From Epithemia pelagica (lineage: Eukaryota > Protista > Bacillariophyta), in assembly GCA_946965045.2 (NCBI GenBank), contig OX337239.1, forward strand, positions 868,001 to 932,000: a DNA stretch of 64,000 nt, given 5' to 3'. The position numbers and the translations under genes were made by a program. This document shows positions 34,302 to 44,332 of this stretch, in pieces. The notes under the pieces were generated by a model, which saw only the letters and a list, made by a program, of their open reading frames with translations, did no database searches and was not told the DNA's origin. How positions within the stretch are numbered: position 1 is the stretch's first letter; every line of letters begins with the position of its first letter.

Positions 34302-35858
34302 ATGATCCGAATCAGGACGCTACTGGTCCAGACAATGAAGCTCACAACTCTGCCGTCCAGCTCTACCAAACGCTCCCTCTGTCGTCCAACTGCTACAAGG
34401 GTGACAGCCGCCTCTTCTTGGTTTGGTGGTCGTGGTGGTTCGGTTCGTGCTTCTTGTCATGTTTCCCAATGGTTGGTGGTGGTGACCACCACACTTTGGG
34501 CCACTGCGACACGGACCATGATTGCCACGACAGCCTTGGTTGGATCCTACCCAAGACCGCGATGTGTACGTCCCGGAATGGGTCTTGGGTGGATCGCTCC
34601 TTCTGCTTCTTGTTGCATCTCGTCATTGGATTCACCGGCATCATTCCATCAGAGGAGGGGGTGCACCACCTCCGCCGTTCCTCGCATGCACCACCAGCCA
34701 AGGGACACTGCTGCGACAACCGCAACTACTACTACAAGACTGACGGAAAGTAAACAGGGTTTGGAAGAATCCTTGAATGACGGTGATAGTAATCATGACT
34801 CGTTTCATCAGTCTATTCCAACCAGCCGATCGACAGCACCTTCCACCACCGATCCTCGATGGGCACCCGCCTATCAAGAACAAGTACTAGGGCTCCACAC
34901 CAACAATTCTTCCTCCTCCTTTTTAACCATGGAGCAATATGCACAATTGGTACACTTGAGTGATTTGGTATGGGAGTGGAATGGCCGTATTAATTTGGTG
35001 AGTCGCAAAGAATGTGACACAGCTCTCAAGGTTTGGGATCGTCATGTGGTTCCCAGTGTGGTGGGAGGATTGCGAGCCTGGAACGAATTGCCATCCTTCA
35101 ATCACAATAATAACAACAAACAGCCGATTCGTCGTGTTGTCGATGTCGGTACCGGAGGAGGCTTTCCCGGACTCCCCTTGGCCATTTGTTTTCCCCAGGT
35201 ACACTTTACCTTGGTGGATAGTGTGGGCAAGAAATTAGTGGCCGTCCAAGACATGGTAGACGAACTGCAACTCTCCAATGTCGACATTGTTCATGGTCGC
35301 GCCGAATCTCTCCCGCAACAACAACAACGACAGTTTGATGTGGCCTTGGGACGATCCGTCTCGGCCTTGCCGCAATTTTGTTCGTGGATGCATCACTTGT
35401 TGTCGTTCCCCACGTCGGACGACGACGACGACCCTGGTCAGGATTCTACGACTCGTAGTAGCACTGGTGGCGGTCACCTGTTGTATTGGATTGGAGGAGA
35501 ATTGGAGTCGGACATTGAACGTCATGTCTGGAAACAAGTTCCCATTCCCTCCAACCCACTGGATGAAAATCCCAAACGTGTCTTGATCCTTTCGCAATCC
35601 AGTGTCTCGGCCTTGGCGTCGGCAGCAGTGACCACTCCAGGGACGGCGTCGCCTCGTCGTAGAAAAAGCTCTCGTGACACCTCCTCCTACGAAACCAATC
35701 CAAAACCAAAACGAAAGGAAGTAACGTCTCGAGGAGCATGGAAAAAACCTCAACGACGACAACAGCAGCAGCAACCGAATGGTGGTCCGGAACAAGACTT
35801 TGTACGATATCAGTCACATCCACGACAAACCACCAACACATCATCCGAAACACTGTGA
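34302..35858 (+). CDS. rsmG: 16S rRNA m7G527 methyltransferase RsmG/GidB homologue, probably organelle-targeted
   Basis: WNGRINLVSR, RHVVPS, VVDVGTGGGFPGLPLAICFP..TLVDSVGKK..VHGRAE..FDVALGRSV. Long N-terminal presequence-like extension; start uncertain. Confidence 0.92.
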   Translation: MIRIRTLLVQTMKLTTLPSSSTKRSLCRPTATRVTAASSWFGGRGGSVRASCHVSQWLVVVTTTLWATATRTMIATTALVGSYPRPRCVRPGMGLGWIAPSASCCISSLDSPASFHQRRGCTTSAVPRMHHQPRDTAATTATTTTRLTESKQGLEESLNDGDSNHDSFHQSIPTSRSTAPSTTDPRWAPAYQEQVLGLHTNNSSSSFLTMEQYAQLVHLSDLVWEWNGRINLVSRKECDTALKVWDRHVVPSVVGGLRAWNELPSFNHNNNNKQPIRRVVDVGTGGGFPGLPLAICFPQVHFTLVDSVGKKLVAVQDMVDELQLSNVDIVHGRAESLPQQQQRQFDVALGRSVSALPQFCSWMHHLLSFPTSDDDDDPGQDSTTRSSTGGGHLLYWIGGELESDIERHVWKQVPIPSNPLDENPKRVLILSQSSVSALASAAVTTPGTASPRRRKSSRDTSSYETNPKPKRKEVTSRGAWKKPQRRQQQQQPNGGPEQDFVRYQSHPRQTTNTSSETL

Positions 35859-36756
35859 ATCGTGGAGGGAGCGAGTCCAAACCAACCAATTGTGTGCATA
35901 AGAGAGAGACACACACGCACACATTGTGTTTCGGTGCGATGACACTCACACCAATGTCGAAACAACACCCTCTTCGTCCGTTCAAACATGTATGATAGCC
36001 AAAGCGATCATTGAAAGTACAAAGATGTGCCGTCCAATTGGCAGTGAGACTTAAAGTAAGGCTTGGTTTGCTTCCCCTCAAATGCCGCCGAGATGCAGAC
36101 TCACGGGTGATGAACGAATCCAGTCGTTTGTCTCCGTTTGGAACAGCAAGGAAAACACAGTCAGTGTACGACCCACAGCGGCTCGTTAGGACATGGTGTT
36201 TCTTCCAGAATGTGGTACCAAGCGGATCACATGTGTTTCGCTGTTTCGTTGCCGCATGTTGTAATTCAAAACTGGTATCGGTCGTTTTTGCTGGATTGGG
36301 TCTGGTCCGCGTTCTTCTCCTCATTGAGACGAGCTCTCTAAATTGCGATCTGCATTATATATATGATACTCCACGAAGATAGGAGTAGGAAAAGTAACTT
36401 TCAAATCACTCATCATCCTCTCCTTCCTCAGTCCTCGATGGCTACCTACCTACTCCTACTAGGAACTACCTAGGGGAAGGCCTTACTCGTTGCCCCCACG
36501 AAGCGGTTCGGGGTTCGGGGGTGGTGACCATACCAATGGGGGACGGGGCGACATTATTTTTAGCACATTTATTGGACATGTTTCTCCAATGACCATGACC
36601 CATTGCCTCCACAAAATCCGCAGAGGAGACAATAGAGAAGCTCTGTATTCCACCCTTGTCATCGTACAAGAGAACAACGACAAAAGCAAGTCCTCAGTTG
36701 CTTGCACGTTGAGTGAATCGAGGCGTTTTGCACGAAGCACAAACAATAATTGAAGC

Positions 36757-37353
36757 ATGAGATCATCCGCGTTCGTTTCGCTCTCGACATGGTTCCTGTT
36801 GTGGCTCTCTGTTGCAACACCCATGGTGAATGGATTCGCCTCGTACTTGCTGAGTTCATCCTCCTGCTATGTCGAATTAACGACTGAAGAAGTCATTATG
36901 AACAACATGGTTCAAAAGGCACAATCTGATGCACCACTCAAGATTGAACTGCTGACGGGAAACGAGGATTCTTCCACCGGCGATGGTGTGACCATCACCG
37001 GGGCCATGACGCCCCTTCCAGATTTTGAAAACGATGTATCCTTGACATTGGTATCGGTTGAAACCTTCCCCGTTACGGTCCAACTCAAGGTTGTCCCATC
37101 GGCAGTAGGGTCGACCGTCGGAGGATATGAATATATCTTGCAAGTAGATGAAGAATCCAGTGGATCCTTTGAAAAAGGATCGTGTGAGGGGAACAAACGC
37201 ATCGCAGGACAGGGAGCAAATATGGCTGTGCAATTACACGTACCGGAACCGAATGTCATGGTATGGGGAGGATGGGCTGCAGGACACGAGGCAGTAAAAC
37301 TCTTGCATGGATACAAATTTATATCCACAGACGATGAAGCAACCGATCTATAG
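36757..37353 (+). CDS. Secreted small beta-rich protein, possibly Reeler-like
   Basis: ATG plus clear signal peptide (MRSSAFVSLSTWFLLWLSVATPMVNG-F). Two Cys (CYVEL; GSCEGNKR) and C-terminal VWGGWAAGHEAVKL. The Reeler resemblance is tentative. Confidence 0.75.
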   Translation: MRSSAFVSLSTWFLLWLSVATPMVNGFASYLLSSSSCYVELTTEEVIMNNMVQKAQSDAPLKIELLTGNEDSSTGDGVTITGAMTPLPDFENDVSLTLVSVETFPVTVQLKVVPSAVGSTVGGYEYILQVDEESSGSFEKGSCEGNKRIAGQGANMAVQLHVPEPNVMVWGGWAAGHEAVKLLHGYKFISTDDEATDL

Positions 37354-38254
37354 AGAGCAACCAAGAAAGTGCGATAATTATCTCCTGATTGCGAATGGGA
37401 ATACCGCCGTACTGCATTGTTGTAAACCCTCGGAAACGAAGAAGATGCACCCGAGAAACTTTCTGAGAAACGCCTATGTTGGCATGTTGGTAGGATGTGC
37501 ATTGTGAGGCTTCGTTTCATTTTTGCAAACTGGATAGGGTCTACTATATATAGACTTTCGATATGCCAGCATGCTCTCCCATGCTCTTGCGTTTTTAATC
37601 TTGTGACAACACATTATCATCAACTTGGTTTCCTTTCGTTGTTCGCATTACCAACGGAGGCATTCGCGCAAGTTGCTGGACCAAGCACGGAAGTTGTAGA
37701 ATTGTGTGGTTCTGCGTTCAGCTTCTTCATTTGTATCAAATGGTTCTTTCATAGTACTGGAGTCTTCGACATACTGTGTTCATTTACAAGGAAGAAAGGA
37801 GCAAGAGATTGTTCTTGGTGAATTTCCCAGTGATTGAGATGAGAGATGAAGCTATTAATAGCTAGAGAGGCAATAAGAGTGGTATAGCTACCATAGCTAC
37901 TAATGCTCTATCGCGGTCGTGTCAAAAAAAGTATCTTGTGGTCCTCGACAATGGTATCTTCGTTCCTTCATGCCACTATGGACTACGGATACTTTAGGGT
38001 CCGAAATAAAAAGGACCAAGTATCTGAGAGTTGAATCCGATTGACTTCCTCCACATTTTGGAGAGTGATTTTCCCGTTGCAAATTGTGAATCCATGTCAA
38101 ACATGACACGTCTGGATATGGATCCGGAAGTAAAGGGAGCAACGTTCCGTCAAAGAAAAAACGTCAGATTGCCATGATGGATCCAATTCAAATCTTTTCT
38201 CACAAAAACCAAAAGATTGATTTTCTTATTGACAGCTTTGACGATATCATCACG

Positions 38255-39506
38255 ATGACGGAAACGCAACAGCCATTGGTCAGTTCGGGTGAACTTGCTG
38301 CCCAGAAACAAGAGGAGCTTGCCGCGGCCTTTCAAGAACGCTACTTTGAAGCTGTCTTGGGGGCTCAATTGATTCAGACAGCCTTTATCGGAGTCAAGCT
38401 CGGTTGGTACACCGCTTTGGCCAAGGCAGGAGACAAGGGCCTTTACCCATCCGAGCTGGCCAAACAGACCTCTTGTTCATCTCCGCGCTATGCCCGAGAA
38501 TGGTTGGAACAGCAGACCATGGCAGGATGGGTTCATGAATCTATAAACAGTGACATCGACTCAAATGATGAGGAAAAGAAGGAAAATATGATGGATCCCA
38601 ACGACCAACGCCGTTTCTTTCTCCCAGCAGCACACATTCCGACTTTGGCCGACCCCAACAGTTCCATGTACATGGCACCTCTGGCGTTCTTTCATGGGGC
38701 CACAGGCAAGGCTTTGGACAAACTAGTCGACGCATACCGCGATGACACCGGCGTGAGTTGGAAAGAGTTGGGTCATGATGCTCATGAAGCGCAAGCTCGT
38801 CAAAATCGTCCCTTTTTCCGCAACGAGTTGCCCGGAATTCTCCAGGATATTCTGAGGGATGACGACGCTACGCTTCTCGACCGCCTTCAGAATGGAACAG
38901 CACGTGTAGCTGATATTGGTGGCGGTCATGGATTCAGTGCCATTGCTGTTGCTGAATAATTCCCTGGAGCCACAGTCGACAGTCGACATTTATGATTTGG
39001 ATCAAGCCTCGATTGCCGCCGCCAAAATGAACATTCGTTCCAATGGGCTTTCGAACCGCATCAGTGCGAACTGCGTCGATGCGGCGACTGTTCTCGAACA
39101 AAATTGTGCCAAAAACGAAGAATCTTCCGTGTCGTGGGATTTGGTGATGGCCTTGGAATGCATTCATGACATGGGAGATCCAATTTCTGTTTTGCGTACA
39201 ATGCGAGAAATGGCCCTGACGGGAACGAGCCAGGGCACAGTGATTGTCATGGACGAACCGGCTGCAGATCACTTTTCATCGAGCAATCAAAACAATCCAT
39301 TGGAACAATTTCTTTATGGAGTGTCGTGTTTGTGCTGTTTACCCGACGGAAAATCGTCGTCGTCTACGAGCAAGCCCTCCGTGGAAACAGGAGCCGTGAT
39401 GCGTCCCAGTTTGTTGCGCATGTATGCACAACAAGCAGGTTTCCGCGATATTGAAAAGCTTGACGCCAAAACGGACATGTTCCATTTCTATAAACTGAAA
39501 TTGTGA
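38255..39506 (+). pseudogene. Bacterial-type winged-helix plus class I SAM methyltransferase (Rv2258c-like), disrupted
   Basis: KLGWYTALA, YAREWLEQQ, NRPFF, VADIGGGHGFSAIA, ALECIHDM, VIVMDE, LYGVSCLCCLPDG, TGAVMRPS. In-frame TAA at 38957-38959 and a 7-bp tandem duplication AGTCGAC (38974-38987) shift the frame. No introns seen. Confidence 0.88.
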
Positions 39507-40289
39507 ATAAAAAAGAGAAATATGGACTTGTTCACGTTCATTCCGAAGAGAAAAACGATTCAAAGAAATGCATGATAAGCAGCTACTTCTAAATGCTCAT
39601 TATATTCAACGATCATTCATCTATCACTAGCCATGTATGGATAGAAAGAGGTGGGACACGAACAGTTACCATTCTCTATGCACGAGGGCTGAATGAATTT
39701 ATTCGGCGTTGGTTGCTGTGATCAACAACTCTCAAGACAAGGGAAAAAGGGAGAAAAGGGGAAGAGCAAGAAAGAAATGATGATACATTGGCATCATTGG
39801 TCCCTAGTGTTGGTTTGGAATTCTGCACAAGTGTTTTCCTTCGGAGTGGTCGCGAGATTCTGTCGGCGTGATTGGCACTCACACTCCGGTCCGCGATCAT
39901 CATTCAATGATCACGTTGGATTGAATTCATGTTGTACATCCAGAGCTCCAATGTTGATTCATGTGTTCATTCCGTCCAACAGTTCCGGGAATCGGAAATG
40001 AGGAGGGGAGCATTTGCTTCCGTCTGATCGGCACGCTTGGCGTTTGGTCTTGGGAAGTCGGCAGCTCCCCAAACTACGCGGGCCAGGGCTTCTGCTACGC
40101 TTTTAATTATGAGGTTATGATATTCAACGATAAATACTCGTTCTATTATATAGGAACTATACTCGTATTCGTGACACAATGAGTTAGAAATAGAGTCGTC
40201 AGTCGTCATGCCGGCGTCTTGTCTCTGAAATTCTTGTAAGCAGAAAGGATTGGCAGGTTTTTTGGTGTGCGGACGAGAATGCAAGTAAA

Positions 40290-40593
40290 GGCCAATCCTT
40301 TAGCTCGCAAAACCAAATCGAGATTGCGTGCACGTCAGCATTTTGCGTCACGTTTACGTCATATATCCGGGTAAAACAGCATTTCTGGATTTGTTCGAAC
40401 CAATCCAGGACCCCGGATTGGTTCGAACAAATCCGGGAAATTCATTAGGGATAGTGTTTTACTTATGCTAGTGTAGAGGCCAGCCTACAGTTTCGAATAT
40501 GTTGGGCGGGCGTTCGACGTGATGGGCACATTTTCCAAAACCAAATCCGGCCCGGCCCGCACGGATTGGTTTTGTTGAGCTAAAGGAATGGCC
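40290..40593. mobile_element. MITE / non-autonomous DNA transposon (GGCC termini, TAAA target duplication)
   Basis: The left end ggccaatcctttagctcg-caaaaccaaatcg matches the reverse complement of the right end, ggccattcctttagctcaacaaaaccaatccg. TAAA lies on both sides (40286-40289, 40594-40597). 304 bp, no ORF, internal hairpin. Confidence 0.85.
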
Positions 40594-41498
40594 TAAAGCA
40601 AGCCAAAAACAACAGAACACACAAAACCCGAACAGACAGGGACGGAGCAGGGAGCCACAAAACACAACAAGGAAAGAGGAATTCATTCTTCATTTCCCTC
40701 CATTTCTATCAAACCATCCACAGGAGCTGCCCACTCATTTCTCAACAACGATCGACAAAGACCACAGCCATCCTTTTTCAACCTTCCGTGGTTCCTTGCT
40801 TTTCCCCTAAAGTCCCTCTCTTTGAAATTTGCTACTCGCGTGTCTCCCAAGTGCTCTAAGAGGCAGCTCGTCGTCGATTGGTGCCCCAGGATCCACAAAG
40901 ACATAGTTCAGCAACACAGATCATCCCTGCATTGCGATTGGCGGTTATTATCGGGTCACTGCAATCTCATTGTCGTCAAGAAAAAGATTCGGTGTCACGC
41001 CAGCCTTGCCTCGCTGATTGCTCCGAGCCGGTCTAAAAAACCTCCGTGTCTTTGGACAGCTGTTGGTGGTTCTCCTGTGACTGCGACATTGACGTGTCCG
41101 AAACGGAACCAGTCCTCCAGAAACCGGATTGCTTCCTGACGTGGAGCTTCGTTGTTTTCTTGGATTCTGTCGTGGCATCGTGTCAGGCGTCTGTCTTGGT
41201 CCGTGTTGATTCAACACGTGTCGTGAAAAGCGACGACCTCGAGCCCCACAGTCCGTTGCGTGTCTCGAAATTTCGCTTTTCGCTTCCTGTTTTCCTGACA
41301 GCAGCAACATCACTGGCAGCGATTGCTTGACAAAACCAATCCTCTTGCTTCTAGCGCAGAGAAGGGTTTTTTCCAACGCAGCCCAGACCTAACAACTCAT
41401 CGCAACAACAACATCAACAATTGAAGCATTTGGTTTATCCACAAAACGAGCTTCTTCTGCAGAACAAGAAGGAATAGAGGAAGGCAACTCAATCAGCA

Positions 41499-42962
41499 AT
41501 GGAAGGTGAATCAGATCAAGAAGTACGAACAGCTTCGGCTTGTCTTAAGAGACCATTGAATGAAAGCATTCCGCGGTCTAGTCTGAGACCTATCACGACT
41601 CATGAAGACATGGACATGTCATCATCGATGAAGAGTAAGATGCCATGGAAAGATATTGCTCGCCCATCTCGGTTTGAACACAAAAGAGTCAAGTCATGGT
41701 CTTCCGAAGGTGAAGCGTACGGCTTGCTCAAGTCCCGCTACAGCGATTACGAATATGACACCGATTTCGAAGGCTCGGAAGATGGCTACTATTCAGAGGA
41801 AGATGAGGGGGGCTTTAACTTTTATGTGGACCCGCTAACCACTCCGAAACAATCTTCCGCGATATCTACCAGCTTGAATCAAAAAGAGCTGACCGCTTCC
41901 GCATTGGCATTGAGACATGGCGCGGTACTGTGCCGATCGCAAGCAGAACAAAATGAATCTAGTCCGGTTCAACGTCCGCTGACAGCCTCGGCATTGGCGC
42001 TGAAGCACGGAGCCACTCTGTCTCAAGAGCTACGTAAGCGGAACAGTTCGTTTAGACATCAAACATCGATTCCGCAGTCTATCATGTCTGTCGCCAACTC
42101 TGTTCCAAGCGTACCCTCTCGAGGACGAAAACATCAGCAGTCCAGTTGGAAACGAAAAGCGTTTGTCAACCCTTGGTTGATTCCGGTGAATCATCCACTC
42201 AAGATTGCGTGGGATATTTTCACTGTCATACTCTCTATTGTGAACGTCTACTTGACACATCGGTTCATTCGAGAGCGCCAGTTCCAATCAAGACCAGGCT
42301 TAATCGAAATTTGCTACATGATTGATATCATCCTCAACTTTTTGACTCAACGTACCACACCTGATGGAACTGTCCTGACTAGCTTCACAGCAGTGTGGGC
42401 TCGATACTTGACCTCCTGGTTTGTCATTGACGTCATGGCTCTGTTTCCGGGTGAAGTCTTGTACATTCAACCGGTTATTGAATTGCAAAAGAAACGCAAA
42501 TTGTGGCAAAAAATATTCCGCCGAACCAAGGTGACGGTCAAGGTAACGACACGAATTTTGCAGTCGGGACATGTGCCATGGTTGTACAAAGTGTTGGTCA
42601 AGGCCCGTCCGATTGGAGAATTGTTTCGTTTAATCAAGTTGATGATCAAGTACATTCCAAAATATCTCTTGTTTGTCCGCAACATGAAATTTGTGCTCTT
42701 GATTCGAGCCTTGCGCGATTGGGGACATTTGCGTGCCTTTTGGAGATGGACCACCTACACTGTTCCAATCGGCACAGCTTCGTGTTGTGGCGGTGGTGGT
42801 GGTCCAGAGGATTTGCCTCCGACGGTGGCCGGATGGACCAGTGAAGACGAACAAGGCGATGTGGTGGAAGAAGATTGGGAAACTCTCAATGACTCGGATG
42901 AAGTCATGGAACCCGACGAAGAAGAAGATGATGATGACGATCATGATTCTGGACCATTTTAG
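41499..42962 (+). CDS. Membrane protein with an S1-S4 voltage-sensor-like region related to CNG/KCNH-type channels, lacking pore and CNBD
   Basis: PWLIPVNHPLKIAWDIFTVIL; IEICYMIDIILNFLT..G......VWARYLTSWFVIDVMALFP; Arg/Lys-patterned LLIRALRDWGHLR. Then an acidic tail and stop; no TxGYGD. Confidence 0.8.
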   Translation: MEGESDQEVRTASACLKRPLNESIPRSSLRPITTHEDMDMSSSMKSKMPWKDIARPSRFEHKRVKSWSSEGEAYGLLKSRYSDYEYDTDFEGSEDGYYSEEDEGGFNFYVDPLTTPKQSSAISTSLNQKELTASALALRHGAVLCRSQAEQNESSPVQRPLTASALALKHGATLSQELRKRNSSFRHQTSIPQSIMSVANSVPSVPSRGRKHQQSSWKRKAFVNPWLIPVNHPLKIAWDIFTVILSIVNVYLTHRFIRERQFQSRPGLIEICYMIDIILNFLTQRTTPDGTVLTSFTAVWARYLTSWFVIDVMALFPGEVLYIQPVIELQKKRKLWQKIFRRTKVTVKVTTRILQSGHVPWLYKVLVKARPIGELFRLIKLMIKYIPKYLLFVRNMKFVLLIRALRDWGHLRAFWRWTTYTVPIGTASCCGGGGGPEDLPPTVAGWTSEDEQGDVVEEDWETLNDSDEVMEPDEEEDDDDDHDSGPF

Positions 42963-43171
42963 ATCTACCCATATTCCGATAGGATCCATGTGTAAAGAAG
43001 GAGTCGGTGCATGCCATGGAGAGCAGCTATAGTCCTCTCCGGTGTCCGACCTACCAAATAAATTAGAGCACTTTTTGTATACAGTATGGTAACCTCCTGA
43101 ATGGTGGTGATTGCGTGATATGTGTGGGAATAGACGGCAATTGAATCTAAGACAAGCAGGATGGTATGTGA

Positions 43172-43286
43172 CTTCTAAAATACTCTCTACGTATGCGCAT
43201 GATCGATTCGCCCTGTTTCGCCATTTGCTTCTAAAATACTCTCTACGTATGCGCATGATCGATTCGCCCTGTTCCGCCATTTGCTT
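43172..43286. repeat. 56-bp tandem duplication (2 copies, 1 mismatch)
   Basis: cttctaaaatactctctacgtatgcgcatgatcgattcgccctgtt(t/c)cgccatttg starting at 43172 and 43228. Confidence 0.95.
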
Positions 43287-43336
43287 TACTGAATACCTGT
43301 TTGCTGCTAGCCAACGACTGCATTACACACTGCACG

Positions 43337-44332
43337 TCATGTTTCGTTGTTGCGGTTGTTGTTCCTTCGCCATTCTCTCATTTCTTCATGATAGGTTCTC
43401 CAGGCTTGTCGTTCTTGTTCACGCAATCGATTACGGAGGGGTTGCAAACACAAAACGCCGAGAAGCATGTAGGTAAGACCCACGGCGCACACAAGCCAGG
43501 CCGACACTTGCATGAAAATGGCCGACCAGGTAATTTCGTAAGAGCTGCCATTGGTATCGTCCGACGACAAAAAGGATTGGACGCGATCGGAACTGGCCTC
43601 GACCGAACAAATGAGCCCCAAAAAGGAATACAAAAAGCCTCGACTAAAGTAGGCATGCAACAACATGGAATTCCGTAAAATAGCAATGGGCAAGTCGACT
43701 TCCACCAAAATGAATAAAATGCAAAACAAGGAAATGTATCCCTTGAGAATCATGTTGAGCAACGAAAAAAGTGTCGACAAGTGATAATGGTCGGTAACAA
43801 AGGGCATCCATTGCGTCAGTAACAAACAAAGGGATCCCACAACGGCCGAGCCTTTGATAAAATGAAAGATCCACAAGCAGGGATTTTGTCGTGGAATATG
43901 CGGACGAGACGAGCTTTCTTGTTCTGGACGACGACGGCCGATGGGGCGACGCTTCGAGGAAGTCTTCTTTTTGGCTTTACTAGTCTTGTTGCGATCCTCT
44001 TGCTGCTCTTCGTCGTGATCATCATCATCGTCCTCGTCATTATCGTCATCGTCCTTCTTGTGATCCGACGACGAAAGTAGAGCCACAGAAGGGAGCGTAA
44101 TATCCGATTGTTGCTGCTCGGTCTCCGCCATCAAACCCTTTTTGTTGTTGTTGTCGCGGGTTTTGGTGGCGGGTGCGCTTCCAAACAGTAGGGGTGTATT
44201 TTCCGATGTTCCCTCGTCGTCGTCTTCATCGCCTTGCTTGGTTGCGGCAAACTTGGCGTCGTTGGTTTCATCCATCCACGACGGAAGATCCATTTTTCGA
44301 TCTTGCCGATTGTCCTCGTCTTTCGATGTCAT
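43337..44332 (-). CDS. Multi-pass membrane protein of COPI-associated (TVP15-like) type
   Basis: ATG at 44332. Acidic N-terminus with a YxxL/di-leucine-like TPLL, and about 4 TM helices including YISLFCILFILVE and FSRGFLYSFLGLI. Confidence 0.7.
   Translation of the reverse strand: MTSKDEDNRQDRKMDLPSWMDETNDAKFAATKQGDEDDDEGTSENTPLLFGSAPATKTRDNNNKKGLMAETEQQQSDITLPSVALLSSSDHKKDDDDNDEDDDDDHDEEQQEDRNKTSKAKKKTSSKRRPIGRRRPEQESSSRPHIPRQNPCLWIFHFIKGSAVVGSLCLLLTQWMPFVTDHYHLSTLFSLLNMILKGYISLFCILFILVEVDLPIAILRNSMLLHAYFSRGFLYSFLGLICSVEASSDRVQSFLSSDDTNGSSYEITWSAIFMQVSAWLVCAVGLTYMLLGVLCLQPLRNRLREQERQAWRTYHEEMREWRRNNNRNNET

Noticed and set aside
36380-36458. 10-bp inverted repeat (taggagtagg / cctactccta)
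   Set aside because: Too short, low-complexity and without a TSD.
37850-37863. 14-bp palindrome AGCTATTAATAGCT upstream of the methyltransferase
   Set aside because: A single AT-rich palindrome in a TAGCTA-rich tract, with no second instance to support a function.
38957-38959. Possible selenocysteine or pyrrolysine recoding of the methyltransferase stop
   Set aside because: The codon is TAA, not TGA/TAG, and a frameshift follows 15 nt later.
39700-41376. Protein-like fragments on the minus strand around the MITE (39967-40284, 40683-40904, 40948-41376)
   Set aside because: They are in different frames with stops and show no family signature; a decayed gene is possible but unsupported.
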